Origin: Squalus acanthias | Lineage: Eukaryota | Assembly: GCA_030390025.1 (NCBI GenBank) | Contig: CM059427.1 | Location: 188,046,001 to 188,110,000 of the forward strand | Direction: 5' to 3' | Length of the DNA: 64,000 nt | Shown here: positions 13,444-23,115 of the stretch, piece by piece | Layout of the letters: each line of letters starts with the position of its first letter | Numbering within the stretch: the first letter of the stretch is position 1 | Translations under genes and position numbers: made by a program | Notes under the pieces: model-generated | Told to the model about the DNA's origin: nothing | The model's database searches: none | Seen by the model: only the letters and a program-made list of their open reading frames with translations

Positions 13444-15079
13444 GGTTCTTAAATCTAGTATTGAGAGGGAGGAGGTACTAGCGGTTTTAGCGGGCTTAAA
13501 AGTGGATAAATCCCCAGGCCCAGACGAGATGTATCCCAGGCTGCTGTGTGAGGCAAGGGAGGATATTTCAGGGGCTCTGACACAAATTTTCAGAACCTCA
13601 CTGGCCACAGGGGAGGTGCCAGAGGACTGGAGGACAGCTAACGTAGTACGATTATTCAAGAAGGGTAGGTGGGATAAACCAAGGAATTACAGGCCAGTGA
13701 GCCTAACATCAGTGGTAGGGAAATTATTAGAAACAATTCTGAGGGACAGAATTAGTCTCCACTTGGAGAGGCAAGGATTAATCAAGGATAGTCAGCAAGG
13801 CTTTGTTAGAGGGAGATCATGTCTGACCAATTTGATTGAATTTTTCGAGGGGGTGACTAGGTGTGTGGATGAGGGTAGTGCACTTTATGTGGTCTACATG
13901 GACTTCAGTAAGGCTTTTGATAAAGTCCTGCATGGGAGACTGGTCAAGAATGTAAGTGCCTATGGGATCCAGGGCAACTTGACACATTGGATCCAAAATT
14001 GACTTAGTGGCAGGAGGCAGAGGGTGATGGTCAAAGGTAGTTTTTGTGACTGGAAGCCGGTGTCCAGTGGTGTACCGCAGGGAGCGGTGTTGGGTCCTTT
14101 GCTGTTTGTAGTGTACATTAATGATTTAGATATGAATGTAGGAGGTATGATCAGTAAGTTCGCAGATGACACGAAAATTGGTGGGGTGGTAAATAGCAAG
14201 GAGGGAAGCCTTAGCCTACAGGACAATATAGACGGGTTGGTCAGATGGGCAGAACAGTGGCAAATGGAATTTAACCCTGAAAACTGTAAGGTGATGCATT
14301 TTGGGAGGACTAACAAGGCAAGGGAATACACAATGAATGGTAGGACCCTAGGAAGGACAGAGTATCAGAGGGACCTTGGTGTGCATGTACAAAGATCCCT
14401 GAAGGCAGCGGGACAGGTAGATAAGGTGGTTAAAAAGGCATATGGGATACTTGCCTTCATTAGCCGAGGCATAGAATATAAGAGCAGGGAGGTTATGATG
14501 GAGCTGTACAAAACGCTAGTTAGGCCACAGCTGGAATACTGTGTGCAGTTCTGGTCGCCACACTATAGGAAGGATGTGATTGCATTGGAGAGGGTGCAGA
14601 GGAGATTCACCAGGATGTTACCTGGGCTGCAGTGCTTCAGCTATGAAGAGAGACTGGACAGGCTGGGGTTGTTTTCCTTAGAGCAGAGAAGGCTGAGGGG
14701 GGATCTGATTGTGGTGTACAAAATTATGAGGGGCATAGATAGGGTAGATAGAAAGCAACTTTTCCCCTTAGTAGAGGGGTCAATAACCAGGGGGCATAGA
14801 TTCAAGGTAAGGGGCAGAAGGTTTAGAGGGAATTTGAGGAAAAACTTTTTCACCCAGAGGGTGGTTGGAATCTGGAACTCACTGCCTGAAAGGGTGGTAG
14901 AGGCAGGAACCCTCACAACATTCAAGAAGCATTTAGATGAGCACTTGAAACGCCATAGCATACAAGGCTACGGACCAAGTGCTGGAAAATGGGATTAGAA
15001 TAGACTGGGCTTGATGGCTGGTACGGACACGATGGGCCGAAGGGCTTCTTTATGTGCTGTATAACTCTATGACTCTATG
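13444..15079 (+). mobile_element. 5'-truncated CR1 LINE, RT domain with one in-frame stop (14000-14002)
   Basis: ORFs 13502-14002 and 14024-14998 are in the same frame: 'KSPGPD', 'YRPVSLTS', 'DFSKAFDKV', 'GVPQG', 'FADDTK'. Ends in a (CTATGA)n-like tail. Confidence 0.95.
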
Positions 15080-15084
15080 ATCCT

Positions 15085-15193
15085 TTATAATCTTTTATCT
15101 CTATCTTCATGGATTATATTTCTGTCTTACTGATGGCTGCATCACTTTTTTCTACTGCCATTATGTTATCTCTGATAAGTATAGCTACTCCAC
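15085..15193 (-). mobile_element. Old CR1 endonuclease fragment, left flank of the provirus
   Basis: Minus strand reads 'GVAILIRDNIMAVEK', directly continuing 'LNIAGYNIFRKYSKGKRGG' found at 26125-26250. Confidence 0.8.
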
Positions 15194-16981
15194 TGTAGGC
15201 TTCGCAAAATCCCCCAGAAACTCGAACAGAACCCTAAAGGAGGTGATTTTTGGATTTTTCATACAAATTTGGGATGATGGGACATGAGTGAAGTGATTTG
15301 GGGTAAAAACCTCAGTTTTGGACATTCTTAAAAATCAGGGAAGAAAAACCCTGAGGAAAATGACTTTTGGATATTACTGTTGGGAAAAACACCTTTCACT
15401 GACACAAGACAGGCTGCAGAGGGGTGTGGTGAGGCAGTGGACAGCTTTAGGATATTGGGACCCAGTCAAGCTGGCTGGGAATTGTTTACACTGCAATCCA
15501 ACCATGGAGGAAGAGACAAACCCAAAACCTCACATACACATCCAAATATGAATGATCCAAGAACCCTTTTGAAATTCCCAGGCCCAAACAGGATGCCAGA
15601 AGCCTGAAAACAATGAAACATCTAGTACACCCATTACTTCATTAAAAAAACAATCAGCCCAGTATCTACAGGGACAGATTAACAAGCCCGCCAAAAACCT
15701 AAGACAAAAGGGACAAGATTTGTCGCGTAGATAAAGGCCCTGCCTAAATGGGAGACATTGGAAGCCATCAGGACAATTTAACACCAAGTTAAAGTCATCA
15801 AAATTTAACAAGCCCGCCAAAACCTCAGACAATGGAATGAACAGGCATCAACTGAAACCTAAATCACTCCAACACGAAACCGATTTAGTGAAGGGGTTTT
15901 GGGCGCGAAAAAGACAAAGGGCCTGAACTGTATAATTGAGGGCCTAATCCCCCAAGAAAGTTAGTTGCAGCAGGTTCCAGCAAGACACTACAAGCCACAC
16001 GACACGAGCAAGAGGAGGAAAGAAGCAGCAAGGCTACGAGGCAGACCCGAGGCGAGATCGGAGGCAGGGACAGACAAGGCCAGGCAAGGGCTAGAACTGA
16101 GACCACTGGGAGCGGGTCGGCATCGCTCAACATACCGTCCAGCTCTAGTAGGTACTAGCCAAGGCCACTGGAAGCTGGGAGCGAGTCAGCATCGCTCAAT
16201 CCACGGTCCAGCTCCAGGAGGTACCGCCCCGACAGGCCTCCAACGCAACAAACCAACAACCAGAGCCACCAAGGGCTCCACGAGGTGAACCGACACTCGA
16301 AGGTCCCGCGGAAACCAAGGCCCCGCGCAACCACCAACTACCAGGCAACCATGACCAAGAACCAGACCAACACCAGGGAAAAACCGAAGACACGCAAGTT
16401 TACACTCTGCAAACTATTCCTGACTTACCCCTGGGTAAGATTTTCCCTTAAAAAGCTCTAAACCCTACTTCTAAGGAAGAAAATCGGGTACTCACCTGAT
16501 AGTATCTAAAACGCACCTTACCGCATCAGCGGACAGACCCAAACTGACCTGAAGTGCAGCTAAAGTCTTCCACCACGTCCAGGGTACGGCAGGCCCCAAC
16601 AACCAAAAACCTCAGTGAACCCCGAAATCGCAAAATACATCAACTGTCAAGAACTGTCATTGGTGAGCATTATCCCTGATCCTTTGAAATTGAAACCTAG
16701 CTAGACAGTGGGATTGGGAGGGATAAGGGTTTTTGTATATTGTTGTTCTCCCTCTCCTGTACCGTGTGTTCCCCAACCTGTGTTTAAGCATCTAAGTGTG
16801 TTTTAAGTTTGTTACCTTTTTCTTTTAATAAAGACAAAATTCTTTCATCAGAACCTGTTGTCTACTGCATTTTTGTTCACAACCCCTAAATAAGTCCAAA
16901 GTCGAGAACCAGGGGCGTGGGAGCGATTCGAACCGCTCACTGAGTCAGAGGTGAGGCTGACCCCACACGCCACCCCCTACA
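15194..16981 (+). repeat. 5' LTR, family A (1788 bp)
   Basis: Begins TGTAGG and ends CCTACA (perfect inverted ends). TATAAT near 15932, GGTGAGC donor-like motif at 16662, AATAAA 16827-16832. Confidence 0.92.
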
Positions 16982-16983
16982 AA

Positions 16984-18805
16984 ATGGCGACCGTGGCAGA
17001 ACCTTGGCAAAAGGGTTGTGAAGCAGTAAACGCTGGTTTTGAGGAGAGAACAAAAATGGAAGAGAGGATGTCATCCTATGTGTACAAAAAGGTTAATATA
17101 ACCAACAAATGGGTAATCAGGCTGTTGCATGCTGAACGTCCTATGGACGCTGCAGCTACATGGATTGAGAGCAAGGAATATAATAAGTCTGTGGAAAAGG
17201 CCATATGGTTGGTCTGCTCCCAGAAACAGATGCAGCTTATGGGGAAGCGCATTCAGATTCTCACAGAAGAACGAAGGGAAGAAAGCCAACTGTCCCGTGC
17301 CAGAGCCATAGCAGGGGACAGGTTGTGAGCAGAGCTAAACTCAAAAGATCAGGAACAGTTGCAGATAATAGAGCAACACCGTGCCAGTAAGGGATACCTC
17401 CAGTGTCAGGCCACCAAGGCCAAAAGTAGTGAACTGGCTTGCGGGAAGAGAACACCCACCTTGCCAAGCAATTAAGGGAATTTAAAGAAAAGTTAAAAGA
17501 CGTTCAGACAGCTTACAGAGTAGCCAGTACTAGGGGGTTTGAGGTAGGAGACCACAGCCCCTGTCAGAAGCAGATTGAGAGTCTGAACCTTGCTCTGTCT
17601 AAGGCAAAAGGCATGGTGTGCCTGATAAGCCCGGGTGCGGCCCAGGAAGGCCTGGAAGAGCAAGGGGAAACTGTTCGACCACCACCTGTGGCGCCAAGGA
17701 GAAGCTTGGTTAGGCAGAAGGAGGAGCAGACAATCTGTGAGGCTGACAGGGAGTGCACACCAGCACCTGTGGCGCCGAGTTTTGACTTGGTCTGGCAGCA
17801 GGGAGAGGGGGGCAAACCGATGCAGGAGAGGTCGGAGCCGGGGCCGATGTGCCCAGCCCGGCAGCAAAGGTTTGGCCCGCCCGCAGTGGTGGAGGTCAGG
17901 GACCCCTTTAAAATCAATTTGTGGCTCCCCACGGTACACAACAGCTTAGGGCTATGGTAAGCCACCTGAGTAAACTTACACAAAAGGGGGACCCCTCAGT
18001 ACACTTCATGGAAGTGGAACAGCGGGCAGGCATCAATGACTGTGATGATGCCGAGATGGCAAAAATGCTCCTGTTCTCACTAGATGGCAAACTATACCAG
18101 TCCCTCTCTGCCGAAAGCAAGAGAGCGCAGAATGGGTATGCTGCCTTCAGAGAGGAGGTTTTAGAGGCCATGGGGATAAATGATGGTAGTCCCTTCTCCC
18201 GGGTGGAGAGGACAGTGCAGCTCGCAGGGGAGACCCCACAGGCTTTCGCAGACAGGCTGTGGCTTGTGTACAGGGGTGCTTGTAATGGGGATCTCGACCG
18301 AGCTAACCTGAACAGGGACGAGCTGGCCCACTGGCTCCGTAGCCTAGTTGCAAACAGCTTGCCACGAATCAAAGCCAAGGCTGAGCTTTGGTTTGACCCA
18401 AGAGATCCCCGGGTCACCGAGGAGGCAGTGGTCAGACAACTGACCCTAGCCGACCGGAACGGTAGGGGAGCTGAAGAGCCCCCACCAAAAGGAAAGGTGT
18501 ATGAAATAAAGCCCAGTCAGGATAAGAAGGAGTGGCACCAGGAATGTGGTAAAACTTCCGACACAAAGCGTAACTGCTTCGGGTGCGGGAAGAGTGGGCA
18601 CTGGAGAAAGGACTGTAGAAATCCCTGGAAGGATATGCTAACAAAGAATTCCCCAGCTTTTGCCCCAAAAGTAGAGGCACCGACCTCTTCCCCCACACTG
18701 GACACAATAGTAGCGGCCATCAGAGTCCTGTTTGGTGGCCCAGAGAAGGTAGCTACAGCCACTGGTGCTGTAATCCCACCTGCCCCCCCTAACGCAGACC
18801 TATGA
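16984..18805 (+). pseudogene. gag: gag region (N-terminal coiled-coil segment, capsid-like segment, CCHC zinc knuckle), with stop and frameshifts
   Basis: ORFs 16984-17328, 17439-17960 ('LREENTHLAKQLREFKEKLKDVQTAY' heptads) and 17921-18805 with 'CFGCGKSGHWRKDC' (Cx2Cx4Hx4C). Confidence 0.85.
16985..17002 (+). promoter_or_regulatory. Primer-binding site (TGGCGACC..., probably tRNA-Arg type)
   Basis: TGGCGACCGTGGCAG begins 3 nt after the LTR end. TGG complements tRNA CCA. The tRNA identity is inference. Confidence 0.75.
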
Positions 18806-19902
18806 CTAGAACCAGCGCAGCCCGTCTACCTGTGTTCCCCGGACTACGATGGTAAGAAGGGGGTGGAGACGGTGCAGGGGAGATGTTTGGTGGACACCGG
18901 AGCTGCCAGCACGGTGGTCCATTCAGAAGACCTGACCAATTCACCCAGGTCTAACAAGGTCCCATTTAGCATAATGGGGTTCACAGGGAACGAGCAGGCT
19001 GGGGCAATGTCCAAACCTTTGGACATAGATTTAGGATCCCTCCATACCACGTGGGAGGGTAACCAAAAGGCCGACAAATTGGCCAAGCAGGGGGCCAGGG
19101 AAGGAGAGTTCTGGGATCCCTATAAAGCAGGTCCGGTAGCCGCAATCCGGGACAAGGGAGGCACACAGGGGGTAGCTTTGCCCCCGGACTTGAAGCAGGT
19201 CCAAGCCCAGGATCCCGTCCTTAAGGCCGGCCTGGTAAAAAGAGAGAATGGGGAGTCCATAGAAGGTCCGTTCAGGGCAGCGGACGAGATTTTAAAACAG
19301 ATTCACTGGCAAGCAGCCAGTAACCTGGGGAGCCAGCACCAGAAAAATCGCCTGCTGTTAGAACCCCAGAGAACCCACGAGTGGGAGATTGACCAGTGTA
19401 AACTGTTTAAACTTGAGAAAAGGGAACAGCCAGCAAAGGTGGACTACCCCAAAGTTAAAAATCCCCAGCCAGCAGCTGTGGCAGACGCACAAGCTGCAGC
19501 GGGAGGGACAGTGTGCTGTTTCACAGGAGAGAACCCTCCCCCGATTACATGGGACTCAAGCACACCCCCAGTGGCCAGAGCCCTAAGAAGGTCTCCCCAC
19601 ACACCACAGCCAAAGCTACTGTGGCCACAGGTGTATCTGTTTAGAGGGTCCCACCCAAAGAGGGCTGCAACCCGAAAAGGAGCGCCCAAGAGCAGGGAGC
19701 GTTCTAAAGTTGGGGATCCCCAGCCTACAGCCTCCAACAGTGAGGGACTCACAGGAGAGGTAGTACTGGGAGAAGAGAGAGAGAAGGGTCTCCCGCCTGC
19801 AGCCTCAGGCTGGGAGGAGCCCACAGATATGAACGAGGGCGCTGCAGCCACACCAAAGGGGGTAGTGTGCTGCAGCACAGGACGCAGCTGGGATGTTAAG
19901 AT
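18806..19902 (+). pseudogene. pol: pro-pol remnant: aspartic protease fused in frame to RNase H C-terminal helix and integrase-flanking fragments; RT absent
   Basis: 'CLVDTGAASTVV' (protease), then at about 19054 directly 'EGNQKADKLAKQGA' (retroviral RNase H end) and 'LKQVQAQDPVLK'. No YxDD, HHCC or DDE motifs seen. Confidence 0.8.
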
Positions 19903-20162
19903 AAAATTGAGAGGTCGCACAACACCAGGTTATAGTCCAACAGTTTTATTTGAAATCACAAGCTTTCGGAGCTATCGATTGCTCCTTCCTCAGGTGAAGT
20001 AAATTAGATACAGAATTCTGTATCTAATTTACTTCACCTGAGGAAGGAGCAATCGATAGCTCCGAAAGCTTGTGATTTCAAATAAAACTGTTGGACTATA
20101 ACCTGGTGTTGTGCGACCTCTCAATTTTGTCCACCCCAGTCCAACACCGGCATCTCCGCATC
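19903..20162 (+). mobile_element. Penelope-like 3' end inserted as a perfect palindrome
   Basis: 113-bp inverted arms centred on GAATTC (20013-20018) plus a 34-nt tail. Flanking duplication ATGTTAAGATAA (19893-19904, 20163-20174). Sequence is nearly identical to the end of the element at 60087. Confidence 0.9.
20035..20080 (+). ncRNA. Minimal hammerhead ribozyme motif of Penelope-like pLTR
   Basis: CTGAGGA-AGGAGC(aatcgata)GCTCC-GAAA-GCTT: conserved CUGANGA and GAAA boxes around helix II. Further copies at about 30029, 34494, 37260, 62674 (+) and 19990, 33930, 38600, 60205 (-). Confidence 0.8.
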
Positions 20163-20482
20163 ATGTTAAGATAACCCCAGCGTTTTGGAGGAAGGCCTTC
20201 TGAGTCCGGCGGTACAGGCCGCACTACACCCAGGTGTACAAGCCATCCAGAGGCCACAAAAGGCAGAGGCTAAACAGGATTTAACCTGGCCGTCCGGAGA
20301 CGGGTGGCAAATGTACAGAGTTTTACGTTTTAAGTCATTGCAGTTTTGGTAGTTATGGGTTATCATTAGTTTAGTTATTTGTAGAGTTTTAAGTTTAAGG
20401 GCTCGATTAATTATCCAGCCAGAGAACCTTTCTGGGACATGGATATATGTTTTGTGTGTGCCCCTACAGAAAGGAATTCCGA

Positions 20483-22764
20483 ATGACAAGGGTTCTGCTC
20501 CTGCTCGCCCTGGTAGGGGTGAGCATCGGTGACCAAGGTGACGTAGAGGACTCCCACATCTATGGGTGCTCGGGAGAGAGAGCACCAGTCGTCACCGCAG
20601 GGGGTGGCGAGCGGGGAGTGGAGGAGCTCGCCATCTACTTCCACGAGGGAAGGTGGCCAGGGTGGCTGAGTTCCAACTCTACTAAATACTCCAACCAGCC
20701 CGGGTTCATGTACGGGGAGGCCTCCCTCCCATGCCCCAGAATACAGGTTGTTGCCACAAGGGTCAGTGTCACCGAGGGGAAGCGTGTGTGCCTTAGCTGT
20801 AAGGGACGAATTCCCCTGAATAGGTGGTGGTGGCTCAGAAAGCTGAGCAGGGACGCAGGGGACCATACAGCCCACTGGGAAAGATTAGGGAACGACACCT
20901 ACCGGACAATCACAGGGACCCAAGGGAGAGTGAGTGTTTGTTGGGATAAGTGGTGGGAGTCGGAACAGGGAGTCTATGTTTGTATGTGGGGATCAGAGGA
21001 AGCCTGCCCCACAGGGGTATCCATCATCTTCTCCAGCCAATGGCAAGATGCCGGGGAGGGGATAGGGTGGGATTCTAGCCTGCATGTGTGCGTGGTCCCA
21101 CACATTCCGATCCCAGTTAATGCCACTGAACTCGTGGCACACACCCGAAAGCCCCTACCCACGACCCAGGTACCAAAAACCCTGGAAGAAAAGTGTCCTA
21201 CCACAACCAAGGGACCAGGGAATGGGTTAGTCCTAGTACCAACTGAAAAGGTACTATACCAGGGGGTACACTATGCAGTAGCTTCAGTAATATTAAACCT
21301 TACCGAGGTATACTTACCTGAGTGGTGTCCTAAGGAGACGGAGCAGTTGTACCAGGCCTTGCTAAAGGAAATGTTTAGAAAATTTTACGAGTTTGATTTT
21401 GCCAATATAGACAAAGTAGAGCTATACAGAATACACCCTGAGAACCCTATGGGCACTGGGAGACAAAGAAGGGGAGCCTGGAATGATGTTTTCACTGCCT
21501 ATAGTACAGGATCCTCTGTGATAAATAGCCTGGATGGCATGGAATTACAGACACAGATAAATGGTTTAAAAACCCAGTTAAGAAAGATCCTGAAGGATGG
21601 GAACACAGTGGTAGGCTCAGAGCTACATGAGGACCAAGCTATGATGGTTCATTTAAAGGAAATTATTGCAGAATTGGAAAGGCATGCCAAAACAGTAAAT
21701 GCACTCATACAGGAGGATAGGAATGCATCGGATCAGGCTGCACAGAATGAGGTGTGTGTGCTGTACGGGGCATGGTTGCTGGACGAGGGCCATAGCAACC
21801 TGGAGGATTTAAAGCAAGGTTTAGTCCCCTCCTGGATCAGCAACAAGCACCTCGCAGCCCTCCACCCGTTTAGTAATTCGCTGAGCCAATGTCAATTTTG
21901 TCTAGCCTCTGAAGCCTACCCTGTCCCAATAGATTGTGGGCGTTCCAATCACACTATCATGGGGATAGTAGTGAGGATGCCGGTCATGAGTGGGACAGCC
22001 CGACCCGTACCGGTATACAGGGTGGAGAACATTGGGATCATTCAAGGGGGTGCACACATCCGTTTCACAGCGGTCCCACCTTATGTCATAAAGTGGGAAC
22101 ACGCTATGACAGGTACTGACCTCTCCGGGTGTTGGAGCCGGGGTTCACACATAATACTATGTCCCTAGCACTCAGGACTTCTAAACCACAGTGCGGGTTT
22201 AAAGCTGCTGGCGCACGACCTATAAACTGTACCATGGAGGTAATGGCACACGGCCATGTTTCCCCACAGGTAGCATATATAGGGGGTGGGACATATTGTG
22301 TCACCACAGGTGTGTCCCACTACCAGCATGGACACTTCTGGTGTCCGGTAAGTGACAGCAGTTTCTGCTTTAAACCCGAGGCAGAAGTTCAAGTGGCCCA
22401 GGAACGGATTGTCCCCATTCCTGAACCCTCCACTGTTCACCTCACTGTAACAGAAAACATCACCAACCTGCAAATGTATGTGACTTATTTTGGAGATAAA
22501 ATTCCCCCTCTACCCGAACATCTTACCATCCTACTTAAAGCTGTAGAGATTTCACAAAAACATTTCTACACCCTGGAACAGAAAACAGTTGAAATAGGGG
22601 CAGAGATTTTGGATATAGTAGTTCCACCCTGGTGGGATATTTTCGAGAATATAGAGGTGCCTTCCTGGATCAGGATGGCTTCCCATCTTCTGGTGGTCTG
22701 CCAGCTCGGGATAGTTCTCTACCTGCTGTGTATAAAGTGCAGTGGAAGGGATGGACAGCTCTGA
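20483..22764 (+). pseudogene. env: env: signal peptide + Ig-like domain + stalk + class I (F-like) fusion glycoprotein with TM; one stop/frameshift at about 22166
   Basis: 'MTRVLLLLALVGVSIG' leader behind a splice acceptor (AG 20468-20469); furin site RQRR 21461-21472; heptad 'MELQTQINGLKTQLRKIL'; Cys-rich region; TM 'HLLVVCQLGIVLYLLCI' in ORF 22129-22764. Confidence 0.85.
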
Positions 22765-23107
22765 TCCAGACACGAAGGGACTTAGAAAGTGCATCAAAAT
22801 AAAGGCTATGGCCAGGGATGGAACGAACCTTGATTTTGTTTTTCTAATAACATTTTTTGTACGTGTGTTGTGTCATTTTTGTGATGTGTATGATGTGTTT
22901 TCCCAAGCAGTGCAGGGGTGTCGGACCCTCTCCGTGCTTGGATGTGAAAAAGTTTGATTTTCTTACCTGTATGTACCTGAAACACCACATTAAAAAGGGG
23001 AATGTATGTTTGGGTTTTTAGTTTAGGTAATTATAGGGGAAGGTTGGTTTTCGGGGATCAGAAATTTTGCTCACCTGGTAATGATACTGATTCAGGTTCA
23101 GTATCAC

Positions 23108-23115
23108 AGGGGGAG
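23108..23115 (+). promoter_or_regulatory. Polypurine tract
   Basis: AGGGGGAG immediately before the TG of the 3' LTR at 23116. Confidence 0.8.

Noticed and set aside
15965-16393. Accessory gene within the 5' LTR
   Set aside because: Short ORFs with non-ATG starts, no recognisable motif, and absent from the other family A LTRs.
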